From contig CAVXVP010000032.1 in the NCBI GenBank assembly GCA_963765245.1, positions 1,899 to 65,898 on the forward strand: 64,000 bases of DNA, given 5' to 3'. This document shows, piece after piece, positions 28,279-37,912 of the stretch (position 1 is its first letter; the number at the start of each line of letters is the position of its first letter). A program made the position numbers and the translations under genes. This DNA is from an uncultured Chloroflexia bacterium. GTDB taxonomy: Bacteria; Chloroflexota; Limnocylindria; Limnocylindrales; CSP1-4. The notes below the pieces were generated by a model. That model ran no database searches. It saw only the letters and a list, made by a program, of their open reading frames with translations, and was not told the DNA's origin.

Positions 28279-29180
28279 CCGGGGACGGCCCGGCGAGAAC
28301 GACGCAGCCGATGCTCCAGGGCAGCGCCGCGATCCGGGCGATCGGGCGGCTGGGAGCGGACCCGGGGCGGCTGCTCGTCGTGTGCGATTTCGACGGCACC
28401 CTGGCCGAGGGCTCGCGCGACCCCGGTGCGGCGGCGATCGTCCCGCTCGCTCGCCGCGCATTGCGCCGGTTGGCTGGCGTCGCGGCGGCACGGCCCGACC
28501 GCGCGTCGGTGGCGATCCTGACCGGTCGGACGGCGGCCGACGTGGCCGCCCGTGTCCGCGTCGGCGGCATCCTCTATCTCGGCGACCACGGTCTCCAGGC
28601 GGGCTCGTTCCCGCGCGGCGGCGACCCGGCCCGGATCGAGACCACGTTCCGTGCCGGCCACGAATCCTCGCTGGCACCGGCCGAGGTGCTCGCCACGCGC
28701 GTGCCGGAGGTCCTCGGCAACCCGGCCTGGTTGTTCGTCGAACGCAAGGGCCCGTCCGTCGCCTTCCACGTCCGCCAGGCCGAGGACCGAGTCGCTGCCC
28801 GGGCCGCGGTGGAGGCGGCCATCGCCGAGGTCGACAGCGGGTCGCCGCAGCACGACCTCGCGCACTACCGCGGTCGTCTGGTGGTGGACCTCCGGCCACG
28901 TGACGCGGGCGGCAAACGCGAGGCATTCGAGGCGCTGTTGGCCGAGCTCCGGCCGGCGATCGTCGTGGCCTTCGGCGACGACAGCAGCGACGCCGACGCG
29001 TTCGCGGTGCTACAAGCCGCACGGGCCGCCGGCACCCTTGATGGCCTGGCCGTGGCCGTGACCGGGCCGCACGGGATGCCAGACGATGTTCGCGCTGCCG
29101 CTGACGCACTCCTCGAGAAACCGCGGGACGTCGCGCGGGCACTGTCAGCCCTGGCACGCACCCTCGAGCACGAGGGCTGA
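28275..29180 (+). CDS. otsB: HAD-IIB phosphatase, trehalose-6-phosphate phosphatase-like
   Basis: Intact ORF. LLVVCDFDGTLAE (motif I), ILTGRTAADV, VERKGPSVAFHVR, VVDLRP...KREA, VVAFGDDSSDADAF (motif IV). The start is TTG 28275 or ATG 28311. Substrate assignment is tentative. Confidence 0.6.
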   Translation: MTGDGPARTTQPMLQGSAAIRAIGRLGADPGRLLVVCDFDGTLAEGSRDPGAAAIVPLARRALRRLAGVAAARPDRASVAILTGRTAADVAARVRVGGILYLGDHGLQAGSFPRGGDPARIETTFRAGHESSLAPAEVLATRVPEVLGNPAWLFVERKGPSVAFHVRQAEDRVAARAAVEAAIAEVDSGSPQHDLAHYRGRLVVDLRPRDAGGKREAFEALLAELRPAIVVAFGDDSSDADAFAVLQAARAAGTLDGLAVAVTGPHGMPDDVRAAADALLEKPRDVARALSALARTLEHEG

Positions 29181-29186
29181 GGACGG

Positions 29187-30263
29187 TCAGATCCAGTCGA
29201 TCTTGCGCAGCACGAGCGCGGCGGCTCCAGCCGCGGCAAGGATGAGCCCGACGATAGCCCAGAACCCGATGGCCTGGCCACCACCGACCACGTTGGTGGC
29301 CTCACTCATGCCGAAGATCCCCGCGACCGCCCCGATCCCGGCGAGGATGACCGTCACCCCCGTCAGCCGTTTCACGATGATCGACAGGTTGTTGTTCACC
29401 TGGGTCAGGTAGACGTCGAGCGTCGAGGCCGCGAGCTCGCGATAGTTATCGAACTCGTCCGTGAGCCGGATGACATGGTCGTAGATGTCGCGGAAATAGA
29501 TGATTTCATCGGGGTCGATCAGCTTCTCGTCGCGGTTCGTCAGCTGGTTGAAGACCTCACGCACAGGGCTGATGGCGCGGCGGACCTGGATCAGCTCGCG
29601 CTTGAGCTTGAACAGCTGCTCGACCGTGTCCGGGGTCGCCTTGCGGATGACCTGGTCCTGGATGTCGTCGATGGCGTCGCCGATCTGATCGGCGAACGGG
29701 AAGTAGCCGTCGACCAGGTCGTCGGCGATGGCCCACAGCAGGTGGTCCGGACCGTGCGCCAGGATCGGGGCGATACCGCCGACAAGGTGATGCCCCTCGC
29801 GGGGCTCCCAGTCGGAGTTGTGGACGGTCAGCAGGAACCCGGGACCGAGCACCGCATCGAGCTCCGACGCCACGACGGCATCGCCGTAACCCAGGTGGAA
29901 AAGCACGATGTGGACGACGCCGTCCGTCGTCTCGATCTTGGCACGCTGGTTGCCCTCCAGGACATCCTCGATCACGAGCGGGTGAAGGCCGAGGGCGTGC
30001 CCGACCTGCAGGGCCTGGTCAGGAGTAGGCGCGACGAGGTCGACCCACACGGCCGCCTCGGGGCGCCGGACCATCTCTGCCAGTCCGCTCAACGCCTCCT
30101 GTCCATGGGACTCGCGGACATCGTCGCCATCGCGCTCCACGATCCGGATGACCCCCGGATGGCCGGCTGGTCCGGTCGCGCCCTGGCGTTGGACCCGCGC
30201 GGCCAGCGGGAAGCCCGGGTCATCGTCAGAGAGCGAGTCCGGGTTCGGTGGGGTCGAGGCCAT
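29187..30263 (-). CDS. corA: CorA-family divalent-cation transporter (GMS instead of the GMN signature)
   Basis: ATG 30263, 358 aa, intact. LGLHPLVIEDVLEGNQRAKIE...YFPFADQIGDAIDDIQDQV...FKLKRELIQVRRAISPVREV...NNNLSIIVKRLTGVTVILAGIGAVAGIFGMSE, plus two C-terminal TM segments. Confidence 0.8.
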   Translation of the reverse strand: MASTPPNPDSLSDDDPGFPLAARVQRQGATGPAGHPGVIRIVERDGDDVRESHGQEALSGLAEMVRRPEAAVWVDLVAPTPDQALQVGHALGLHPLVIEDVLEGNQRAKIETTDGVVHIVLFHLGYGDAVVASELDAVLGPGFLLTVHNSDWEPREGHHLVGGIAPILAHGPDHLLWAIADDLVDGYFPFADQIGDAIDDIQDQVIRKATPDTVEQLFKLKRELIQVRRAISPVREVFNQLTNRDEKLIDPDEIIYFRDIYDHVIRLTDEFDNYRELAASTLDVYLTQVNNNLSIIVKRLTGVTVILAGIGAVAGIFGMSEATNVVGGGQAIGFWAIVGLILAAAGAAALVLRKIDWI

Positions 30264-31920
30264 CGGCGTCGGGTCCTTCGGCGGCGGTCCTCTCGGTCGC
30301 GCCGCTCGCGGCCGATGCGCCGTCCAGCATACGCGCCCGCCTCCTGCGCGGGCCGCCCAGTGCGAGGGCCGGTGGGATCGCCACGGCGGTGACCCCTGCC
30401 GCGACGACGAACAGGCCGACCATGATCGATGCCGCCTCGCGCGACGCCCATTCCTCCAGCGCGCCGACGACGAACGGATCACGCAACGGGCGATCGCGCA
30501 GGGACTCGGGGATGAAGCTCTTGTAGGCGTCGGGCGTCGCGTAGACCTCGGTATAGAGCCGGTCGATGGTCGTCGAGCCGTACGCCGTCAGAATGGCCAG
30601 GCCGACCGCCATGCCGAGCATCCGTGCCACCGTGACGACCGCCGACGCGGTCCCGAACGCACGCCGCCCCGCCGCCTCGACCGCAGCGGTGGAGCGCGGG
30701 GTCACGGTGAGCCCGAAGCCGAACCCGTAGATCGCGAGGCTGATCGCCACCGTGTCCAGGCTCACCGCCGACGTCCAGCGCGACATGAGCACCAACCCGA
30801 CGATGCTGAGCCCGATCCCGACCAACGCAACCAGCGCGAGCGGAACGACGCGGACGACGAAGCCCGAGGCCAGTGCGCCGACCGCGGTGGCCAGCGCGAG
30901 GGCCCCGAGTGCCAGCCGCTGGTCGTCCGGGCCGCCGTAGAGGACCCGGTCGACGAACACCGCCCCGCCGATGATCGCGGTCGCGAACGCGTAGCCTGTC
31001 AGCAGCGAGACGAGCGCGGCCGAGCTGAACGGCACGCTCCGGAACAGTCGCGGGTCGAGGAATGGGTCGGGCACCCGCAGGCCGCGCACGACGGCCACCG
31101 CGGTCGCGATCGCGGTGACCCCGAGCAGCACTGCCGTCACGACAGCTGGCGGGACACTCGTCCCGGCGATCTCGGTCGAGCCGAGCAAGGTCAGGCCGAT
31201 CAGGCCGGCGAGCAAGGCCACGCCGAACAGGGCCGCCCCGACGATGTCGACCCGCCCCGGCCGTCGTGGCGTCTCCCATCCCGTCGAGGCCGCCAGGGCC
31301 AGGACGATGGCGATGATCCCGATGGGGATGTTGATGTAGAAGATCCAGCGCCAGGCCGGGTCCAGGATCGCCGCGGCCGTGCCGGTCAACCCGGCCGCGG
31401 CAAGGGCTCCGGCGGGGTGGACCGATGACAGGATCGCCGCCCCGACGACAGGCCCCGCGGCCATCCCCAGGAAGGTCAGTGCACCGACCACGCCGAGCGC
31501 ACGCGGCCGCGCCGACCCGCCGAACAGGTGCGCGGCGGCCGCCGTCCCGACGGGGACCAGCACGCCGCCTCCGACGGCCTGGACCAGGCGCGCGGCGATG
31601 AGCTGGTCGAGCGTTTGAGAGGCGCCGGCAAGCGTCGAGCCCACGGTGAAGACCGCGATGGCGCCGATGAACAGACGGCGAGCGCCCCACAGGTCGGCCA
31701 GCCGGCCGGCGATCGGCATGGTCAGGATGTAGACCAGCAGGTAGCCGTTGATGATCCAGCTTGCCTTGCGCAGATCGGCCCACGCGGAGCCGCCTGCGGG
31801 ATCGGCCAGGTCGGCCAGGATCGACGGGAGGGCGACTGCGGTGATCAGCAGCTCCATCCCGGCCAGGAAGACCCCTGCCCCGATGACGGCGAGAAGCACG
31901 TACGCCGATCGGCGGTCCAT
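30226..31920 (-). CDS. MFS transporter, DHA2 (EmrB/QacA-like, ~14 TMS) family
   Basis: ATG 31920, 564 aa, intact. GMELLITAVALPSI...WIINGYLLVYILTMPIAGRLADLWGARRLF...RLVQAVGGGVLVP...WRWIFYINIPIG. Its 3' end overlaps the corA start by 38 bp. Confidence 0.8.
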   Translation of the reverse strand: MDRRSAYVLLAVIGAGVFLAGMELLITAVALPSILADLADPAGGSAWADLRKASWIINGYLLVYILTMPIAGRLADLWGARRLFIGAIAVFTVGSTLAGASQTLDQLIAARLVQAVGGGVLVPVGTAAAAHLFGGSARPRALGVVGALTFLGMAAGPVVGAAILSSVHPAGALAAAGLTGTAAAILDPAWRWIFYINIPIGIIAIVLALAASTGWETPRRPGRVDIVGAALFGVALLAGLIGLTLLGSTEIAGTSVPPAVVTAVLLGVTAIATAVAVVRGLRVPDPFLDPRLFRSVPFSSAALVSLLTGYAFATAIIGGAVFVDRVLYGGPDDQRLALGALALATAVGALASGFVVRVVPLALVALVGIGLSIVGLVLMSRWTSAVSLDTVAISLAIYGFGFGLTVTPRSTAAVEAAGRRAFGTASAVVTVARMLGMAVGLAILTAYGSTTIDRLYTEVYATPDAYKSFIPESLRDRPLRDPFVVGALEEWASREAASIMVGLFVVAAGVTAVAIPPALALGGPRRRRARMLDGASAASGATERTAAEGPDADGLDPTEPGLAL

Positions 31921-31961
31921 CCGGGGGAGTGTATCGAGGTCCGCCGAGGGCAGCGGTCGGC

Positions 31962-32716
31962 TCAGGCTCCGGTGAGCGTGCCCAGCGCGATCAGCAGGAG
32001 TACCAGGCCTGAGACGGAGACCGCGCGACTCGCGTGTCGACCGCTCACCTCGTAGACCATCAGGGCGGTCAGGGCCGCCATCCACGCCGGGTTCGCGAAG
32101 CCCTCGGCGAACATGAGGAGCATCAGCGCCCACGAAGCACCCAGGCAGTCGAGCCCGTGGCGTAGCCCGAGGCGCGCGTATGCGCCCGAGTCCGGTGTCG
32201 TGAGCGGCATCCTCGCCATCGGGTGACGACAGGCCGCCAGGCTGCGTCGCTTGGCCGGCGCGAACTGCATCGCGCCGGCAAGCGCCAGGACGCCGGCCGA
32301 GATGAGCCACGGTCGATCGGCCAGCCACGGCGTCGCGTCGACGACGTGGTGGAGGAGATCGTCGCCGACGAAGGCGAGGAGACCGAACGCCGACCAGACG
32401 GCCGCGAAGGCCCCGAGGAACCCGGCGCGCTCGGTGGCACGGCGAAGCGACCGGCGACGGTTCGTGTGGCCACCTCGACCGCCTCGATCGCGAGGAGGCT
32501 CGCGGGCACCATCATCGCGGCGACCATCACGATCCAGCCGAGGAGGAACAGCACGGTCGCGACCGGGAGCGGTGGCCCGCCCTCGATCAGCGCGTGGTGG
32601 TGGAGGCTGCCCGCCACGCCGGTCAGGTCAGCAGCGAGGACCACCGCCCACGCCGCCGTCACGATCGCCGGGGCCATGACCGAGCGTCTTCCCGGGAAGA
32701 CTCGGAGTGCGGTCAT
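31962..32716 (-). CDS. DUF2182-family predicted metal-binding integral membrane protein (one frame break near 32450)
   Basis: LHHHALIEGGP...LLGWIVMVAAMMVPASLLAIEAV, then in another frame FLGAFAAVWSAFGLLAFVGDDLLHHVVDATPWLADRPWLISAGVLALAGAMQFAPAKRRSLAACRHP...GLDCLGASWALMLLMFAEG...ALMVYE. Confidence 0.55.
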
Positions 32717-32725
32717 GGTCGCGAT

Positions 32726-33296
32726 CTAGACGTAGTCGAGGCTGCAGCCGAACGGTCGGGTCGTCGCGACCCGGACATCCCGCCCGGCCAGGAGGTCGTC
32801 GATGGCGTCGCGGAGGTCGTTGTGCGTGACGTTGGCCTCGATCCGCGAGTCGTCGAAGCGCCCCTGGTAGCGGATCCGCCTGTCGCGGTCGAGGACGAAG
32901 ACGTGGAAGGTGCAGGTCGCGCCATAGGCGGCCGCGACGCGCTGGTCGTGATCGACCAGGTACGGGAACGTGTAGCCGTCGGCCGCCGCCCGCTCGACCA
33001 TCCGCGCCTGGTCCTCGTCGGGGTACAGGTGCGGGTCGTTGGAGTTGATGGCGACCAGCCGGACGCCGCGTGGTCCGAAGTCCCGTTGCAGCGCGTTCAT
33101 CCGCGGGCCGTACGCCTTGGCCGTCGGACACCGGTTCGACGAGAAGATCAGGACGACCAGCTCGTCTGCGGCGAAGTCCGAGAAGCCGAGGCGTCGGCCA
33201 TCGGTCGCCGAGCAGACCCCTCGAACGCCGGGCCGGGGCGCCGATCGGGAGAGGCGCCGGACGAGCCGGCGCCTCCGACAGCTCGAGCGGGGTCAT
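32726..33296 (-). CDS. thioredoxin-fold (AhpC/TSA-redoxin-like) protein (one frame break near 33222)
   Basis: ATG 33296 overlaps the upstream stop (ATGA). APAFEG...FSDFAADELVVLIFSSNRCPTAKAY is recovered after a missing C in a C-run, then the intact MNALQRDFGPRGVRLVAINSNDPHLYPDEDQARMVERAAADGYTFPYLVDHDQRVAAAYGATCTFHVFVLDRDRRIRYQGRFDD...FGCSL. Confidence 0.65.
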
Positions 33297-33850
33297 GCCA
33301 CGGCCATCGCCGCGAACCGCTCCGGGAACTGCGCGACGATCCCGTCGTGGAGCGCGTCGGCGAGGACCATGATCTCGGTGAAGATGTCGTCGAACGCCTT
33401 CACGTCGGCCGCCCAGTCGCCGGTGATCCGCGCGACGGTTTCGTCCTTGGTGAGCTTGAGGTGCAGGGCCAGGAGGTCGAGGACGTCGGCCTTCGGCCAG
33501 TTGGGATTGGCGCCGGACAGGAACGTCGCGATCTCCTCGATGTTCGCCGTCCAGCGTGCGTCGTGCGTCGCGAAGGCGGCGTCGTCGCCGGACTTGGCGG
33601 CGGCGACGAGGTCGACGGCGATGAGGATGTGCTCCTTGAGCAGCTCGGTCAGACGGGCACCTGCGGCGTCGCCGTAGTAGCCGGCGATCGCGGCACCGAT
33701 GTCCTCCTGGTTCTTGAGCAGTCGACCGGCCGCCGCGTCGGCGTCGGGCGTCCCGGCGACGGCGGCGACGATGTACTCGCGGGTCCAGATCACGTGATCC
33801 GACCAGAGCTTGCGGAGTGCGAGTCGTACGGGTTCTCGGGAAGTCGCCAT
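33293..33850 (-). CDS. conserved hypothetical protein (predicted all-helical)
   Basis: Intact ORF. ATG 33850 is preceded by GAGGTGG with a 5-nt spacer. KLWSDHVIWTREYIVAAV...RLLKNQEDIGAAIAGYYGDAAG..LTELLKEHILIAVDLV...WTANIEEIATFLSGANPNW. I recognise no family. Confidence 0.6.
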   Translation of the reverse strand: MATSREPVRLALRKLWSDHVIWTREYIVAAVAGTPDADAAAGRLLKNQEDIGAAIAGYYGDAAGARLTELLKEHILIAVDLVAAAKSGDDAAFATHDARWTANIEEIATFLSGANPNWPKADVLDLLALHLKLTKDETVARITGDWAADVKAFDDIFTEIMVLADALHDGIVAQFPERFAAMAVA

Positions 33851-33879
33851 GTGAACCACCTCGTGTCGTGGCCGTCGCG

Positions 33880-33965
33880 GCCGTTCTAATGTGAACGCGC
33901 GCTAGCGTTACACTGCGCACTCGGCCGCTGTCAAGTCTTTTCATAACGAGTCTTGCTGTTACACT
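33880..33965. promoter_or_regulatory. divergent intergenic control region with an inverted repeat GTGAACGC-n6-GCGTTACAC and a second GTTACAC copy
   Basis: taatGTGAACGCgcgctaGCGTTACACtgcgc...ttgctGTTACACtcgg lies between the helical-protein operon (-) and the HTH regulator gene (+). This is the lowest-GC stretch of the area. Confidence 0.4.
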
Positions 33966-33971
33966 CGGGCC

Positions 33972-34694
33972 ATGACCGACGCGCTCTCCGACGGCGACCC
34001 GATCCAGGTCGCGGCCGTGCTCGCCGAGCCGACTCGGCGCGGCCTGTACGACTTCGTCGTCGCCCGGCACGAGCCGGTCGGGCGCGACGAGGCCGCGGCG
34101 GCCGCTCGGGATCAGCCGCGAGCTCGCGGCGTTCCACCTCGATCGGCTGGTCGGATGCCGGCCTGCTTCGGACCGAGTACCGGCGCCTGACCGGGCGGAC
34201 CGGACCCGGGCGCCGGGCGACCGGCCAAGCTCTACCGGCGCGCCGACCGGCGATGTCGAGTTCTCGCTGCCGCCAGCGCCACTACGAGCGGGCGGCCGAG
34301 CTGATGGCGACCGCGCTCGATCGGCTCGGCGCGGCGACCGGCCTCGAGGCGGTCACGCGCGATCGCCCGGGAGCGCGGGCAGGGCGCTGGGCGCGGACGC
34401 CGTCGAGCGACGCCGGAGATGCGACGCCGGAGCAGCGCGGTTCGCTCGGGCGGTTGCTCGACCTGCTGCGCGGTGCCGGCTACGAGCCCGAGATCGAGCC
34501 CGGCGGGCGACCTGTGCCTCCGCAATTGCCCGTACGACGCCCTCGTCCAGGAGCACCGCGACCTGACCTGCGGCATGAACCTCGCCTGGGCCGAGGGCGT
34601 CGTCGACGGTCTCGGCGCCTCAGACGTGGCCGTGGAGCTCGACCCCGAGCCGGGCCGCTGCTGCGTCATCTTCCACCCGCGCCGGCCGAGGTAA
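33972..34694 (+). CDS. winged-helix (ArsR-like N-terminus) transcriptional regulator with a Cys-containing C-terminal domain; at least 6 frame breaks
   Basis: ATG start at 33972. IQVAAVLAEPTRRGLYDFVVARHEPVGRDEAAAAA / GISRELAAFHLDRLV / DAGLLRTEYRRLTGRTGPG / AGRPAKLYRRADR / HYERAAELMATALDRLGAA / LLDLLRGAGYEPE / DLCLRNCPYDALVQEHRDLTCGMNLAWAEGVVDGLG occur in order but in alternating frames. Stop is at 34692-34694. Confidence 0.5.
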
Positions 34695-34721
34695 GGCCGA
34701 GCCACGGCGTCCTAGCCGAAC

Positions 34722-35810
34722 CTACGGCTGGTAGAGCACCGCCGGGTGTGAACCCCGACCCCACCGCGGCCCGATCCGCCACCACCGACGATGAGGACGC
34801 GGCCGTCGTTCAGCAGCGTCGCGGTGTGGCCGTCGCGTGGCGCGCCCATCGAGCCGGTCGAGCTGAACTTCCCGGTCGCCGGGTCGTACATCTCCGTCGA
34901 GGAGAGGACCCGGCCAGTTCTGGCCGTCGCTCCAGTAGCCGCCGGCGATCGAGGACGCGGCCGTCGGGCAGCAGCGTCGCGGTGTGCTGCTGTCGACCTT
35001 CGCCCATCGAACCGGCCGAGCTGAACGTGCCGGATCGCGGGTCGTACAGTCTCGGCGCGTCGTGTAGACCGAGTCCTTGGGCGAGCGGCCGCCGAGGATG
35101 AGCACCCGGCCATCCTGGAGCAGGGTCGCGGTCTGGAGCCAGCGGCCGAACTTCATCGAGCCGGTCCGGCTCCATTGGCCGGTCGCCGGGTCGTAGAGGT
35201 CGGCGGTCTTGCTGGCTGGCGCTGCTCTCGCCGCCGTTGCCGACGACGAGGACGCGGCCGTCCTGGAGCAGGGTCGCCGTGTGGCCGCGTCGGGAGGTGC
35301 TCATCGAGCCGGTCTTGCTGAACGTGCCCGTGGCCGGGTCGTAGATCTCGGCGGTCGTCAGGAAGCTGGCCGCGTCGACTCGACCAGTCGGTACGAGGCG
35401 AGGGTGATCCCGTGCCCGCGCTCGGGCTCGGCGCCGTATGCCGCCGGCGATGAGGACGCGACCGTCGGCCAGCAGCGTCGCCGTGTGGACTCTGCGAGGC
35501 GTGCCGCATCGAGCCGGTCGGGCTGAAGCGTGCCCGGTCGCCGGGTCGTACAGCTCGGCCGACGCCCAGATCCCGTCCTGGCCGGCCGGCCGCACAGTTG
35601 TAGCCGCCGGCGAACAGGACGCGGCCGTCGCGGAGCAGCGTCGCGGTCTGCCCGCCGCGGACGACGGTCATGTCGAGCCGGTCGGGCTGAACGTGCCGGT
35701 CGCCGGGTCGTACAGCTCGGCGGCCGTGCTGCAGCCTCGCCGTGACGAGCACGCGTCCATCGGCCAGCGGCGTGGCGGTGTCGCCGAGTGGCCGTGCCAT
35801 CCGGCGGCGG
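34722..35810 (-). repeat. six degenerate ~150-200-bp tandem coding repeats (Kelch-type blades)
   Basis: The plus-strand core GCCGGGTCGTA(C/G)A(G/T)(C/G)TC recurs near 34880, 35040, 35190, 35340, 35545 and 35705. Confidence 0.7.
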
Positions 35811-37193
35811 CCGTCGAGCCGGTCCAGCGCGAAGCCGGGCGCGAGGTCCGGGGTCGGCGTCGGGGCCGGGGTCGGCGCGCGGCGGTCCGACCGCGATCGC
35901 CGGTCGCCGGCGTCCATGGCGGTGGCACGAGCGCCGCGCCACCGATCGGCTGCCAGCCGGACCGTCGTCGACTCGAACCGTCGGCGGCCACGCCGATCTC
36001 GGCGGCCGAGATGAGGAGGGCCGGCTCGGCTGCCGTCGGCGTCCATCGTCCACCAGCCCGCGCGCGGCCGGCCGCCGGCCGCCGACCAGCGAACAGGATC
36101 CGCCCATCCGCCGTCCACGTCGCGGACGACCGACGACCCCATCCGTGGTCAGGCGACGCACATCGGTCCCGTCGGGCCGGATCGTGTAGATGTCCTGCTG
36201 CTCGCCCGTCGCTCGACACGAACAGCGATCCGCGTGCCGTCGGGGGACCATTCGGGGTACTGCGGCGGCGAGCGTCGTCGGGCTGATCTGGTGCAGGTCC
36301 TGGCCGTCCGCATCGACCAGCCAGATCGCGTCAGCATCGGTGCGGTCGGGACCGCCGTCGTCCTTCTCGCCGGCACCGGAAGAAGACGATCTGCGGTCCC
36401 GTCCGGGGACCAGCCGGGAGCGGCACTCGGCGTCGGCCGCGTCGAGCGCAGTTCGCGACCCGACCGCTCTCGAGGTCCATCGTCGCGATCGTCGCGAGTC
36501 GGTATCGCGGACGGGTCCTCGGCACTCGCGAACGAAGACGAGTCTCGCGCCGTCGCTGGAGAAGGCCACCTGGGAATCGCCCACGCAGGGAGCGACGCAG
36601 CCGGTGTCCACGGTGCGGGGCGCCGCCGCCGCTCGCGATCGGTCAGGTAGAGTCGCCTTCCTCGAAGTACAGGAGGCGCGTCCCGTCGGGCGACCAGACC
36701 GGCGCGGCCTGGTTGGTGCACCCCATCGGGGAGGAGTTCGTGAGCGCCCGTGCCCGTCCGTTCCGACGACGCCAGAGTGCGGGAGCTCGTGCACGGCGCG
36801 TCGCCGCCGGAAGACAGGTGCGCCCTTGTCGACGGGCCGGATGAACGCGATCGACGTCGCCCGGTCGGATGTTCGCGGTCGGCGCCGGCGTCGCGGGCGT
36901 TCGGCGGCGATCCGGTCGGGACCGACGACGGCGACGTTCGGGGCGGCGTCACCGACCGGCCGCGGACGGATGAGCCCGGAACCGGCGACCAGGACGCCCG
37001 CCGACCATCAGGACCGCGGCAACGGCGAGCAAGGTGAAGCCCGCGGCGTCGCGCCGCGTGCGCGGAGCGGTACCGGCGTCGTCGCCGGGATCGTGGCGAG
37101 GACCTCGCGCAGGTCGGCCGGCGCCGACTCGGTCTCGGCGACCTCGGCCGCGTACCAGGCGCGCAGCCGCTGTTCGAGCTCTCGGTCGGTCAT
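34722..37193 (-). CDS. anti-sigma-like membrane protein with PD40 (TolB-like) repeats followed by six Kelch-type repeats (may be two genes); heavily frame-broken
   Basis: ATG 37193 overlaps the sigma stop (ATGA). [20 protein letters not shown]..., then [18 protein letters not shown]40-like units follow ([78 protein letters not shown]). Then six units of the form [39 protein letters not shown] are scattered across all three reverse frames. Confidence 0.45.
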
Positions 37194-37710
37194 CGGACGG
37201 TCCCCTTGGTGTCGGCCGCGTCGATCGCGTCGTGCAGCCGCTTGAGTGCGTAGTGGAGACGGGACTGGACCGTCCCTCGCGGGACTCCCGAGCCGCCTCG
37301 CGATCTCGTCGACCGGTCAGGTCGCGGTAGTAGCGCAGCGCCACGACGACCTGGTGGTCGGGCGAGAGCGCCGCGATGGCGGCACCGATGACGTCGCGGT
37401 CCTCCGCGCGGCCGGCGTGATCGCCGGTCGCGAGCGCGACCTCGACGGAGATGTCGGTCGCCAGGCGGCGTGTCGAACGCAGCCGGTTGCGACAGGTGTT
37501 GACGAGGATCCGGTCGAACCACGGCTCGAAGCGCGACTGATCGCGCAGCGTCTCCCACTTGCGCCACGCCTGGACGAAGGCGTCATGGGTCGCGTCCTGC
37601 GCCTCGGCCGGGTCGCGCAGGATGGCCCGCGCAAGGCGGTACGCCTTGTCGAGGTGCTCGTCGGCCAGCCGGACGAAGGCCGCGTCGCGGAGTCGCGTGT
37701 CGCGGGACAC
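37190..37710 (-). CDS. ECF-type RNA polymerase sigma-70 family factor (one frame break near 37320)
   Basis: FVRLADEHLDKAYRLARAILRDPAEAQDATHDAFVQAWRKWETLRDQSRFEPWFDRILVNTCRNRLR...AIAALSPDHQVVVALRYYRDLT, then in another frame GTVQSRLHYALKRLHDAID. The GTG 37710 start is tentative. Confidence 0.7.
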
Positions 37711-37811
37711 GCTGCCTGGGCGCGTCCTGCGCGTTCTGCCAACTCGATGACCTCGGACGATCGGTTCACGATGACATGACACGCGGGCCGGGCCGAAACC
37801 TTCAATCGGGC

Positions 37812-37875
37812 TTGACATCCGACGCTCGACACTCGTAGCATCAACGGCGATTGATATAAACCGTGGTTGATGTGC
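37812..37875 (+). promoter_or_regulatory. sigma-70-like promoter (TTGACA-18-TAGCAT) with overlapping inverted repeats upstream of arsR-pgsA-ino1
   Basis: TTGACA at 37812-37817, an 18-nt spacer, TAGCAT at 37836-37841. CATCAAC (37839-37845) and GTTGATG (37866-37872) form a 7-bp inverted repeat, and ATTGAT lies between them. The region is locally AT-rich. Confidence 0.45.
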
Positions 37876-37912
37876 CACGACGCACCACCCCAGAACCCGG
37901 AGTCAGCACGCC

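Noticed and set aside
1600-37400. Programmed ribosomal frameshifting or other recoding as the explanation for the broken frames
   Set aside because: The breaks occur in dozens of unrelated genes, in both directions (+1 and -1), at short G/C runs rather than slippery heptamers with downstream structures. Several occur within tens of nucleotides of each other. Indel error, or gene decay, is far more parsimonious.
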